Assembly (NCBI GenBank): GCA_963783995.1 | Contig: CAWAPU010000001.1 | Coordinates: 212,348 to 276,347 of the forward strand | Direction: 5' to 3' | Source: an uncultured Acidimicrobiaceae bacterium | Lineage (GTDB): Bacteria; Actinomycetota; Acidimicrobiia; Acidimicrobiales; RAAP-2 | Length of the DNA: 64,000 nucleotides | Shown here: positions 9,454-18,377 of the stretch, one piece after another | Layout: every line of letters starts with the position of its first letter | Numbering within the stretch: position 1 is the first letter of the stretch | Notes under the pieces: generated by a model | Told to the model about the DNA's origin: nothing | What the model saw: the letters and a program-made list of their open reading frames with translations, nothing else | Databases searched by the model: none | Position numbers and translations under genes: made by a program

Positions 9454-10611
9454 ATGAATAGGGGAACGCAAGTCGCGGGTCTGCGGAGACTTGCGCTGGG
9501 GATGACAGCCGCGGCGATTCCCTTCTTGGGAGCAGCGGCGCTTGCCCCGAATGCAGATGCGGCCGTATCGCGACCCGCCGGTTCGGTACCAACGGCAAGC
9601 CCGGCCTCCAATTTTCAGTTCTCGGTCGAGCCCTATGCCTCGCCTGGCACGCAGCAGCGAGCGAACTTCACGTACGAGCTCGCACCGGGCCATTCGATCC
9701 TCGATCAGGTATCGATCCTCAACAGCAGTTCGAGTCCAGAGACCTTCGTCGTATACCCGGAGGATGCAACCAACATCCCGGGCACCGGTGGCTTCGGGTT
9801 TGAACAGCAGGGAAAAATCCACAATACGTCCGTCGGCAAGTGGCTCAACATCGGTCAGACACAGTTCACGGTGCCCGTCGGCAAACAAGTCGTCGATACC
9901 TTCCAGCTCTCGGTTCCTGCCGACGCGACCCCAGGCGACCACGTCGGGGCGATTGTGGTCCAGGAATTGCACTCCGCCACCCAGGCACCCTCCAAAGAAG
10001 GTGTGAACCTGGTCCTTCGCTTCGCCGTGCCGGTGTTTCTCCGCGTGATAGGCCCGGTCAAGCCGGGCATGACCATCGAGAATGTCACCGTCTACCACGA
10101 CAGTCCCTTGATTCCCTACGTGAGCGGTCAAGCGAAGACAGCCGTGCGATTCACGTTGGTCAATACGGGTAACGTCATTCTGCTCCCGAAGTCGGCGAAG
10201 GTATCCATCTCGGCCCTCATCGGTGGAACGATTCACAGTTTGACCGTGAAACGTGTCGCCGGAGCTCAGTCCAAGCGGGATCCGCTGCCATCCGAACTGC
10301 TGCCGGGCGGAAAGCTCATTCTGACCGAGCTATGGAGCGGGATCCCTCCGTTCGATCCATTGACCGCTCATGTGAGCGTTTCTGCTACGGAACCCAGCTC
10401 CGGGATGCAGGTCGCGTCAGGTTCCTCAGTGACATTCTGGTACTTCCCGTGGCTGTTGGTGGTCATCATCATCGCTCTGGTCGTCGGCTTTGTTCTGTGG
10501 CGTCGTTCGCGCCGACGACGCCAAGGTGGATCGAGCGCGCCGAGCGCATCGGTCGCGGGAAGTGTTCCCAACTCTCCGGCTACCCAGCCGGTTGAGGAAG
10601 TCGGTGTATGA
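9454..10611 (+). CDS. DUF916/DUF3324-like (WxL-interacting, CscA-type) cell-surface protein with C-terminal membrane anchor
   Basis: Intact 385-aa ORF with a signal peptide. 'FQFSVEPYASPGTQQRANFTYELAPGHSILDQVSILNSSSSPETFVVYPEDA' and 'GDHVGAIVVQE', followed by a second beta-rich half. C-terminal TM 'WLLVVIIIALVVGFVLW' plus 'RRSRRRRQ'. Confidence 0.7.
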   Translation: MNRGTQVAGLRRLALGMTAAAIPFLGAAALAPNADAAVSRPAGSVPTASPASNFQFSVEPYASPGTQQRANFTYELAPGHSILDQVSILNSSSSPETFVVYPEDATNIPGTGGFGFEQQGKIHNTSVGKWLNIGQTQFTVPVGKQVVDTFQLSVPADATPGDHVGAIVVQELHSATQAPSKEGVNLVLRFAVPVFLRVIGPVKPGMTIENVTVYHDSPLIPYVSGQAKTAVRFTLVNTGNVILLPKSAKVSISALIGGTIHSLTVKRVAGAQSKRDPLPSELLPGGKLILTELWSGIPPFDPLTAHVSVSATEPSSGMQVASGSSVTFWYFPWLLVVIIIALVVGFVLWRRSRRRRQGGSSAPSASVAGSVPNSPATQPVEEVGV

Positions 10612-11627
10612 GTCGACTCGGCCGAGTCGCCGGGCTGAGGATGACAGCTTGTGCAGGCGGGCTGGGTGCTCTGCTCGGACTGGCCGGGCTGATCGGTATT
10701 CCGGAGTTGGGTGCAGTCGTACCAGCTGCTGCTGCCGGCCCTAGTGCGATAGCGACGAGTCCAGTCACCTCGTCCGGGCAGTTGGAACGTGTAAGCGGAA
10801 GTGGCTGGGACGATGTCGGTGGGGTCGTCACCGTTCAGATATGCGGTCAGGACGCCGTCAACCTCACGAGCGATTGCGATGAGGCGAATACGTATGACGC
10901 GGCTATTCGACCGGGTGGAACCTTCTACGCCGGACTGTACGTGCGGATACCACAGATGCCGTGCCCCTGCGTCATCTATGTCACGAGTCAGTCTGGTGAG
11001 TCCAGCAAGATTCCGATCCAGATAGTCGGCGCTCCCGTCGCGCCGATTGTTCCGCAGATCAATCCTCTCGGTCCTCTGGCGTTGGACGGAAGGCTCGATA
11101 CCCCGACGTCTGTCACATCGTGGTTTGGCGGCCCGAAGAACGTGACGTTGCTATTGCACGTGAAGAATATTTCAGGAATCATTCTTCCTTCGGCTGTGGT
11201 TTCCGTCAGAGTGGGCCGAGGCGGAAGTCCTACGGAGTTCGTTGCGGGGAAGACGTTGGCCACGTTGCCTGTCGGTGCGAGCCGAGTCGTGAACATACCC
11301 CTGACCATCCCTGCCGTCACGTACGGCCGATACACCGTGCTCGTGGCGACGGCAGTTGACGGCAGCACGGTAACGACCAAGGTGCAGACAAGCAGTTGGC
11401 CGTGGGCCTGGCTCGTCATCGCCGTCCAGCTATTCCTGATTTTGCTCGTGTTGATCCTGAGGCGAGCACGACGAGGACGTGAAGCTCAGATCCAGTCACT
11501 GGCGCCGGAATCACCCGTAGCTCCATCGTCAGGCGTGCACCCGGAATTGTCCGCTGAATGTCGGTCGGGCTCTCGGGCTGCGTTTCCAAGTGGGTTTTGC
11601 GGCCTTGGTCCCGTTGAGAAGTTGTGA
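10608..11627 (+). CDS. Secreted, C-terminally membrane-anchored protein (NCS-like Cys-containing N-domain plus CARDB-like domain), family uncertain
   Basis: Its ATG overlaps the upstream TGA (ATGA at 10608-10611). Signal peptide present. 'SSGQLERVSGSGWDDVGGVVTVQICG...CPCVIYV'. 'VTLLLHVKNISG...GRYTVLVATAVDG'. TM 'WAWLVIAVQLFLILLVLIL' plus 'RRARRGRE'. Confidence 0.55.
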   Translation: MSRLGRVAGLRMTACAGGLGALLGLAGLIGIPELGAVVPAAAAGPSAIATSPVTSSGQLERVSGSGWDDVGGVVTVQICGQDAVNLTSDCDEANTYDAAIRPGGTFYAGLYVRIPQMPCPCVIYVTSQSGESSKIPIQIVGAPVAPIVPQINPLGPLALDGRLDTPTSVTSWFGGPKNVTLLLHVKNISGIILPSAVVSVRVGRGGSPTEFVAGKTLATLPVGASRVVNIPLTIPAVTYGRYTVLVATAVDGSTVTTKVQTSSWPWAWLVIAVQLFLILLVLILRRARRGREAQIQSLAPESPVAPSSGVHPELSAECRSGSRAAFPSGFCGLGPVEKL

Positions 11628-11802
11628 TTATGCGAACTGCAGGTCAGGAGGGCGTGTTGAGAGAAGCATGAAACCCGCGGTGCAGACCTAAGGACTGCTA
11701 GCTAAGGTACCGATTCACTTCTGGGCGACGGGCACGGCGTCTGCTCAATGGAAGTAGGAGGAGCATCGGCTGGACACGGCTGGTGCTGGAGAAGGGCAAT
11801 AC

Positions 11803-12612
11803 ATGAGTGCAGTAAGCGAAGGCAAGCCTTCCGTGTTTGTTCGCGCGGCAAGCGCCGACTTTGAGCCGCCGGGGAGCGAAAGCTCACACGGCGATACCCA
11901 CGGTTCACTCTCCGTGGTCGTGGTCGATGTCCTTCGTCCGAAGGGCCAGTCGCCGGGTCTCTTGGTCCAATCCATTGCCGAAATCGCACGCAACACCGAC
12001 TTCGAGGTTTCAATTGTCTCCGGCGCAGATGCCCGGCCCACCTGGGATGAAACCGGGCAAAAGGGAGCGAGGGTCGTTCTGATTCCGATTTACCTTGCGC
12101 CGACCGATGGCCGAACACTGGTGGATGCCCTTTCCCTCTGGGAGGCACCGGCGGCTTTGTGCGAGGAACTCGCAAGGGCGGGCGTGTTGGTGGTGGCGGT
12201 CATGGGCGGTGCCCCTGCGGCTCTCCTGGCGAGCTGCATCAGCAATGGTGCGATAGGACTCACGAGCAGCGAGGATCTCAACCGAGTATTCCTTCAGCTG
12301 AAGGATGCGATTGATACACGCGGAAACAATGGTTCCCGTTTGAATAAATCCCGAGTCGACCGCCCTGTCTTGCCGAGTCACTACAAGGCGTTGATCTCCC
12401 TGACTGTGACAGAGCGGCGGATTTTGCTCGCCATGATGCAGGGTTGGTCGGCCTCGGATATCGCGATCGCCTTAGTGGTGTCCATACTGACCGTACGCAC
12501 CCACATCCGCTCGATTCTCGCCAAGCTGCACGTGTCGTCACAGATTGGCGCGGTGGCAATCGGATATGGAGCGGACCCTGGCGACGTTCAGGTCGAAGAA
12601 CCCGTTCCTTGA
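11803..12612 (+). CDS. LuxR-family transcriptional regulator (receiver-like N-terminal region plus C-terminal HTH)
   Basis: 269-aa ORF. C-terminal 'LTVTERRILLAMMQGWSASDIAIALVVSILTVRTHIRSILAKLHVSSQIGAV' is a LuxR/GerE helix-turn-helix. Confidence 0.75.
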   Translation: MSAVSEGKPSVFVRAASADFEPPGSESSHGDTHGSLSVVVVDVLRPKGQSPGLLVQSIAEIARNTDFEVSIVSGADARPTWDETGQKGARVVLIPIYLAPTDGRTLVDALSLWEAPAALCEELARAGVLVVAVMGGAPAALLASCISNGAIGLTSSEDLNRVFLQLKDAIDTRGNNGSRLNKSRVDRPVLPSHYKALISLTVTERRILLAMMQGWSASDIAIALVVSILTVRTHIRSILAKLHVSSQIGAVAIGYGADPGDVQVEEPVP

Positions 12613-12635
12613 AGACGTCGAACCCAGAGTCGAGC

Positions 12636-13702
12636 CTAGAAACTCCCAGGAAGGGCGAGGCTCACGTGCTCGAAGCAGACCAGCAGTGCGAGAAGGAACA
12701 CTGGGACGGCGGCCAGCACGATCACGATCCGCAGTGCGCGCCGCTTCGTCACCCGCCACAAAACGTACGCCCCGACCGCGACCCCTAACGTCAACAGCGC
12801 CCACAAGACCGGGGAAAGCCATGGGGCACTGTCGCCTCCGAGGGAGGAGCCCGTGGTCCCGCCGGCGAGTTCGGTGATAGCGGTGGACGTCGTCGTCGTG
12901 GTCAGCGGCTGCGCCGGCTTTCCGTCGAACGCGGCGGTGACCACGAGCCGCTGGGCGGCGCTGTAGCGCGGGTTGCACGTCGTCAGCGTGAGCGTGGCCT
13001 TTCCCGGCGTCGGGTCCAGGACGGCCGTGTCGTCCGGCGAGACGATCTGGCTCCCGGTCACGGTGTAGCGGAAATAGCCCTGCGTCGTCAGGACGTAGAT
13101 GTCGTCGCCCGACGCGAGCGCGTCGAGGTTGTAGAAGGGGTGGGCGTACGTCGTGCGGTGGCCGGCGATGGCGACGTTCCCGACCTCGCCCGGCAGCGCA
13201 GTGCCCGGGTAGTGCCCGGGGCCCTGCTCGAGCTGGGCGTCGCCGACCCCCTGCACGATGGTGTCGGAGATCCCGATCCGCGGGATCCACAACTGGCCCA
13301 CCGCGGCCCCCACCAACGGCTGGGATATGGCGGAGGCCGTCTGGTTGGCGAGCACCTCGCGACCCGAGCCGATCGTGTCCGTGTCTGCGTTCCGGTCCTT
13401 GTTCAGCGTCGGGGTCGACGTCGAGTCGTCGCGGCAGCGGGGGCCGGCTTGGGTGCGGAGGCGGGAATGGTCGTATGGAGCTGTTGGGCCAGCTCCGACT
13501 TGAGGTGCGACTGCGCGTGGTTCTCGTAGAGCGCAGTCCCCCAGAGCTGATACGCCACAAAGGCCAAGAGCAGTAGCCCGCACGCCACGACCCAGAGCGC
13601 GACGCGCACAACGATTGTCGCCCCCCGTCCCACGTGGGGGAGTGTACGAGGCCGCTCGCAACCGGGGTCAGCGGGCCTTCTAATTAGGAGCCCCCCGGTC
13701 AC
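12636..13702 (-). CDS. Class E sortase, interrupted by one frame change near 13440
   Basis: The N-terminal TM 'VRVALWVVACGLLLLAFVAYQLWGT' is in ORF 13403..13702. The catalytic part 'QLWIPRIGISDTIVQG...GPGHYPGTALPGEVGNVAIAGHRTTYAHPF...ATLTLTTCNPRYSAAQRLVV' is in ORF 12636..13661. The two frames join if one base is added to the G5 run at 13439-13443. Confidence 0.8.
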
Positions 13703-13774
13703 ACGTAATTAGAAGGTCTCCCCTCCCAGGCCAGGAAGGCACGCCGAGGGGGTGTCGTATAGTGATCCCAACGA

Positions 13775-13795
13775 AATCTGACGACCCGTCAGATT
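13775..13795. promoter_or_regulatory. Perfect 8-bp inverted repeat upstream of the acyl-CoA dehydrogenase operon (candidate operator)
   Basis: aatctgac (13775-13782), 5-nt spacer, gtcagatt (13788-13795). It lies about 20 nt upstream of the start at GTG 13814. Confidence 0.25.
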
Positions 13796-13813
13796 CGAGC
13801 TGGAGGCAGGGGA

Positions 13814-14995
13814 GTGGACTTCGAATTCGCGCCGGAGCAGCTGGCCTTCGTCAAGGAGGTCGAGGCTTTTCTCGATGCCAACGACGACCCTGATGTCTTC
13901 GACGTGACCAGGGAGAACATGGCGCAGATCGTCGACACCCCCAAGCGCCGCCAGTTCATGGCCTCCATGGGTCAGAAGGGCTGGCTGGGCATGACCTGGC
14001 CCAAGGACTACGGCGGTTCCGAGGGCGAGGGCGTCTACGAGTACCTGCTCAACGAGCAGCTCGCCGGCCGGGGCGGCCCCCAGATCGGCAAGGGCGTCGG
14101 CATCGTCGGCAAGACGATCATCCGCCACGGCAACGAGACGCTCAAGGAGGAGTTCCTCCCCAAGATCCTCCGCAACGAGGTCGAGTTCGCCGTCGGGTAC
14201 TCCGAGCCGAACGCCGGCTCCGACGCCGCCTCGATGCAACTCAAAGCCACCAAGGTCGACCGCGGCTGGGTCCTCAACGGTCAGAAGACGTGGACCACCT
14301 CCGCCCACTTCGCCGAGTGGTACTGGGTCGGCGCCCGCACCGACACCGAGGTCGCCAAGCACGCCGGCATCACCCTCTTCCTCGTCCCGCTCGACCAACC
14401 CGGCATCACCATCAACGCCATCTGGACGATGGGCGACGAGCGCACCAACGAGGTCTTCCTCAATGACGTGTTCGTCCCCGACGAGTACGTCGTCGGTGAG
14501 GTCAACCACGGCTTCCAGTACATCTCCGAGGCACTCGACCTCGAGCGCTTCACGATGTTCACCATCTCGCCCATCCAGCAGCGCTTCGACCTCCTCGTCG
14601 AGTACGTGAAATCCACCACCCGCGACGGCCGGCTCCTCAAAGACGACCCCGTCATCCGCCAGCGCCTCGCCCAGCTCGCCACCCAACTCGAGGTCGCCCG
14701 CGTCATCGGCCTCCGCTTCGTCTACGAGGCCGGCAAGGGCGGCGCCGCCCCCACGGCCTGGGCCTCCGAGTACAAGCTCTTCGCCACCGAGCTCTCCAAG
14801 CGCCTCGCCAACGCCTCCATGGACATCGCCGGCCCCGGCAGCCAGCTCCGGGTCAAGACGCCCGAGGCGCCCATGGCCGGCCGCGCCGAGTCGACCTACC
14901 GCTACACCGTGATCGACACGATCGGCGGCGGCGCCTCCGAGATCCAGAAGAACATCATCTCCCGCCGCAAGCTCGGCCTCCCCAAGAACTTCTGA
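13814..14995 (+). CDS. Acyl-CoA dehydrogenase family protein (non-canonical catalytic-base position)
   Basis: 393-aa ORF. 'MDFEFAPEQLAFVKEVEAFL', 'GYSEPNAGSDAASM', C-terminal 'IGGGASEIQKNIISRRKLGLP'. Confidence 0.85.
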   Translation: MDFEFAPEQLAFVKEVEAFLDANDDPDVFDVTRENMAQIVDTPKRRQFMASMGQKGWLGMTWPKDYGGSEGEGVYEYLLNEQLAGRGGPQIGKGVGIVGKTIIRHGNETLKEEFLPKILRNEVEFAVGYSEPNAGSDAASMQLKATKVDRGWVLNGQKTWTTSAHFAEWYWVGARTDTEVAKHAGITLFLVPLDQPGITINAIWTMGDERTNEVFLNDVFVPDEYVVGEVNHGFQYISEALDLERFTMFTISPIQQRFDLLVEYVKSTTRDGRLLKDDPVIRQRLAQLATQLEVARVIGLRFVYEAGKGGAAPTAWASEYKLFATELSKRLANASMDIAGPGSQLRVKTPEAPMAGRAESTYRYTVIDTIGGGASEIQKNIISRRKLGLPKNF

Positions 14996-14999
14996 CGTC

Positions 15000-16181
15000 G
15001 TGGCGCCCCCCGATGCCGCCGGACCCCTCGCGGGGATCACCGTCCTCGACCTCTCGACGGTCGGGCCGGCGGCGCGCTGCACGCGCCTCCTCGCCGACTA
15101 CGGCGCGTCCGTCATAAAGGTCGGTCCCGTCCCGACAGCGGATGTCCAGCCGATCGTGCCGGCGTACTTCGCCTACAGCGGGCACCGCGGGATGCGAAGG
15201 GCGCAGTTCGACCTACGAGACCCGGACGGGAAGGAAGCCTTCCTCGCGCTCGCCTCGACCGCCGATGTCGTCGTCGAGAGCTTCCGCCCCGGGGTCGTCG
15301 ACCGGCTCGGCATCGGCTACGACGCGGTGTCGGCACGCAACCGCGGCGTCGTGTACTGCTCGACGAGCGGCTACGGGCAGAGCGGGCCGCACGCCCAGTG
15401 GGCCGGTCACGACGTCGACTACCTGGCGGTCGGGGGTTTTCTCGGGATGTCGACCCCCGGCGTCGAGGGAGCACCCCCGCTCCCGGGCGCAACGATCGCC
15501 GACGCGGCGGCGGGAGGCATGCACGCCGCACTGGCCATCACGGCCGCCCTCTTGGGCCGCACTGCGTCCGGTCAGGGCACGTACCTCGACGTCTCGGTCG
15601 CCGACGGCGTTCTCTGGCTCATGTCGCTCTCCATCGACGAACAGCTGGCCTTGGGCGCGGACATAAGGCCCGGACACGACGTCCTGTCGGGCCGTTACGC
15701 CTGCTACGCCACGTACGAGACGGCCGATGGCCGCTGGCTCGCGGTCGGCTCCATCGAGGCCAAGTTCTTCGCCAACCTCTGCGCGGCACTCGGTTGCAAG
15801 GAGTTGGCCGCCGATCAGTACGAGGAGTCCGCCCAGCCCCGCCTGCGAGCAGCGTTGGCCGAGGCGTTCGCCCGGCGCACGCGGGAAGAATGGGTCGAGC
15901 TCCTCGCCGACGCCGACACGTGCGTGGCGCCTGTGCTCGACGTGGCCGAGGTCGTCGCCGACCCCCAGTTCACGGCCCGTCAGGTCGTCGGAATGGCCTC
16001 GCACCCTACGGAGGGCGACCTCCGTCAGCTGGCGCCCCTTCTGGCGGGCATGCCCCGGGCAGAGGGTGTCGTTGCGCTGCCCGACATGACGGGGGACACC
16101 GACACCGGGCACCTCCTCAAGGAGGCCGGAGTCGACGGCGAGACCGTGGCGCGCTGGGTCGCCCAGGGGGTCGTGGCATGA
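15000..16181 (+). CDS. CaiB/BaiF family III CoA-transferase / alpha-methylacyl-CoA racemase-like protein
   Basis: 393-aa ORF. 'LAGITVLDLSTVGPAARCTRLLADYGASVIKV' and 'VVESFRPGVVDRLGIGYD' are typical family III CoA-transferase motifs. Confidence 0.8.
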   Translation: MAPPDAAGPLAGITVLDLSTVGPAARCTRLLADYGASVIKVGPVPTADVQPIVPAYFAYSGHRGMRRAQFDLRDPDGKEAFLALASTADVVVESFRPGVVDRLGIGYDAVSARNRGVVYCSTSGYGQSGPHAQWAGHDVDYLAVGGFLGMSTPGVEGAPPLPGATIADAAAGGMHAALAITAALLGRTASGQGTYLDVSVADGVLWLMSLSIDEQLALGADIRPGHDVLSGRYACYATYETADGRWLAVGSIEAKFFANLCAALGCKELAADQYEESAQPRLRAALAEAFARRTREEWVELLADADTCVAPVLDVAEVVADPQFTARQVVGMASHPTEGDLRQLAPLLAGMPRAEGVVALPDMTGDTDTGHLLKEAGVDGETVARWVAQGVVA

Positions 16182-16699
16182 CGACCGGCGCCGACCCGAT
16201 GACGGTGGCGCTCGACCTCGTCGGGAAGGAGCAGTACCACGAGGTCGGCGAGTTCCCCGTCGAGCAGGGTTACGTCTGGACGTCGTGCGCGTCGGTCGAG
16301 AACGGCAACCCGCTGTTCTGGGAGGCCGAGGTGGCCGACGCGTTGACGAGCGGCCCCGTTGCTCCGCCCTCCATGGTCTCGGTCTGGTTCCGGCCTCACC
16401 ATTGGGCACCGGGGCGCAGCGAACAGGCGCTCCCGCTCCAGGTCCACTTCGACCTCAAGGAGCTCTTCGGCCTGCCCGAGGCGGTCATGACCGACAACAC
16501 GATCGAGTTCCATACGCCTGTGCGCCTCGGCGACGTCCTACGGACGCACCAGGTCCTGCGTTCGGTGAGTGGGGAGAAGACTACGAAGCTCGGCACCGGC
16601 CGGTTCTGGGTGATCGACGTGGTCTACGCGAACCAGGACGGCGAGCTGGTCGCCGTCGAGTCGTATACCGGCTTCGGCTATCGGCGGGCCACGTCGTGA
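16178..16699 (+). CDS. MaoC-like hot-dog protein (N-terminal-type hydratase subunit)
   Basis: ATGA overlap with the upstream gene. 173 aa: 'EFPVEQGYVWTSCASVENGNPLFW...GDVLRTHQVLRSVSGEKTTKLGTGRFWVIDVVY'. Confidence 0.7.
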   Translation: MTTGADPMTVALDLVGKEQYHEVGEFPVEQGYVWTSCASVENGNPLFWEAEVADALTSGPVAPPSMVSVWFRPHHWAPGRSEQALPLQVHFDLKELFGLPEAVMTDNTIEFHTPVRLGDVLRTHQVLRSVSGEKTTKLGTGRFWVIDVVYANQDGELVAVESYTGFGYRRATS

Positions 16700-17196
16700 G
16701 CGTCGCCGTCACCCCACAGCTCCTGTTCGACGACGTCAACGTCGGCGATGAACTGCCGCCCCTCGACTACGAAGTCACCGCGACCACCGTCGTACTCGGT
16801 GCCCTGGCCACTCGCGACTGGAGGCCGATGCACCACGACAAGGACTTCGCCGTCGTCCGCAACGGCACTCAGGACATCTTCTTGAACACGCCCAACCAGG
16901 CCGCCTGGTTCGAGCGCTACTTGACCGACTGGACCGGACCGCACGGTCGCCTGGCGCGGGTCACGTTCCGCATGAAGGGCTCCGTGTTCCCCGGCGACAC
17001 CATGTCGCTGCGCGGCCTCGTCGGATCCACCGAGGTCGACGACACCGGCTGCGGCTTTGTCAATGTCGACGTGACGTTGTCGGTCGACGGCGACGTGAAG
17101 ACGACGTGCGCCGCCCGCCTCGCCCTGCCCACGAGCCCGGACGACAACCCGTGGGCGCGCCGCGGCGACCGTTGGCACCCCGGCCCGTTGTCATGA
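16696..17196 (+). CDS. MaoC-family enoyl-CoA hydratase/dehydratase subunit
   Basis: GTGA overlap with the upstream gene. 166 aa: 'ATRDWRPMHHDKDFAVVRNGTQDIFLNTPNQAAWFERYLTDW...RMKGSVFPGDTM'. Confidence 0.75.
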   Translation: MSVAVTPQLLFDDVNVGDELPPLDYEVTATTVVLGALATRDWRPMHHDKDFAVVRNGTQDIFLNTPNQAAWFERYLTDWTGPHGRLARVTFRMKGSVFPGDTMSLRGLVGSTEVDDTGCGFVNVDVTLSVDGDVKTTCAARLALPTSPDDNPWARRGDRWHPGPLS

Positions 17197-17238
17197 CCAC
17201 TCGCCCCCGAACCCGAACGACGACGGAGGAACTGCGCC

Positions 17239-18366
17239 GTGCTTGACCTCGAATTCGACCAGGAGCAGGAGCTTCTCCGCCAGACCGTCCACGAGATGCT
17301 CCAGCGCCACTGCCCGCTGGACGTGGTCCGGGCCATGGAGGACGACCCGAAGGGCTACCCCGCGGAGCTGTGGACGCAGCTGGGCGACCTCGACCTCATC
17401 GGCCTGCTGCTCCCCGAGGAGTACGGAGGCTCGGGGATGTCGCTCATCGAGGGCGTCGCCCTCTACGAAGAACTGGGCCGGGCGCTCGCCCCGACCCCGC
17501 ACTTCGTCAGCGCCGTTCTCTGCGGGGGCGTGCTCACCGAGGCAGGGAGCGCCGAGCAAAAGGACGGCTGGCTAGGTGCGGTCGCGACCGGCGAAGCCGT
17601 GCTCACGCCCGCGTGGCTCGAGCCCGAGAACGGCTACTCGCCCCGCGGCATCGAGGTCCGTGCGGTCCCCAACGGCTCCGGTCTCACACTGAACGGCCTC
17701 AAGCGTCACGTCGCCTTCGCGTCGTCGGCCGACCGCCTCGTCGTCCTCGCACGGACCGGCGACGGGGACGAGGACGTCGACCTGTTCCTCGTCGACCCGG
17801 CGGCCTCGGGCGTGTCGCTGCGCCAGCAATTCACCATCGCCTCGGACACGCAGTACGAGGTCACCTTCTCCGACGTGGCCCTGACCGAAGCTGACCGCAT
17901 TGGTGGTGCCGGCACCGGGTGGGTCACCTGGCAGAGCGTCCTCGAGCCCGCGCTGGTGCTCCTCGCGGCGCAGGCCGTCGGCGGCGCTCGCTACGCCCTC
18001 GAGATCACCACGCAGTACGCGCTCGACCGGCACCAGTTCGACAAGCCACTCGCCGCCTTCCAGGCGTTGGCGCACTACCTCTCCGACGCCGTGACCAATC
18101 TGGACGGCGCCGAGCAGTTGGTGCACGAGGCCGCCTGGGCCGCCGCCAACGGTCGTCCCCTGACGTCGCTGGCCCCCATGGCCAAGCTCTTCGCCTGTTC
18201 GACGTTTCGCGACATCACGGCCATGGCGCAGCAGATCTTCGGGGGGATCGGGTTCACGCTCGACTTCGACATCCAGCTCTACTTCCGCCGCGCGAAGCAG
18301 CAACAGTTGATGTGGGCCAACGATCGCGCGCTCGAGGACGACGTCGCCGCCGCTCTGCTCGACTGA
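17239..18366 (+). CDS. Acyl-CoA dehydrogenase family protein (short C-terminus, beta-subunit-like)
   Basis: 375-aa ORF. 'MLDLEFDQEQELLRQTVHEML', 'QIFGGIGFTLDFDIQLYFRRAK'. It lacks the canonical YEGTxEIQ tail. Confidence 0.8.
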   Translation: MLDLEFDQEQELLRQTVHEMLQRHCPLDVVRAMEDDPKGYPAELWTQLGDLDLIGLLLPEEYGGSGMSLIEGVALYEELGRALAPTPHFVSAVLCGGVLTEAGSAEQKDGWLGAVATGEAVLTPAWLEPENGYSPRGIEVRAVPNGSGLTLNGLKRHVAFASSADRLVVLARTGDGDEDVDLFLVDPAASGVSLRQQFTIASDTQYEVTFSDVALTEADRIGGAGTGWVTWQSVLEPALVLLAAQAVGGARYALEITTQYALDRHQFDKPLAAFQALAHYLSDAVTNLDGAEQLVHEAAWAAANGRPLTSLAPMAKLFACSTFRDITAMAQQIFGGIGFTLDFDIQLYFRRAKQQQLMWANDRALEDDVAAALLD

Positions 18367-18377
18367 CTCGCGCCCCG

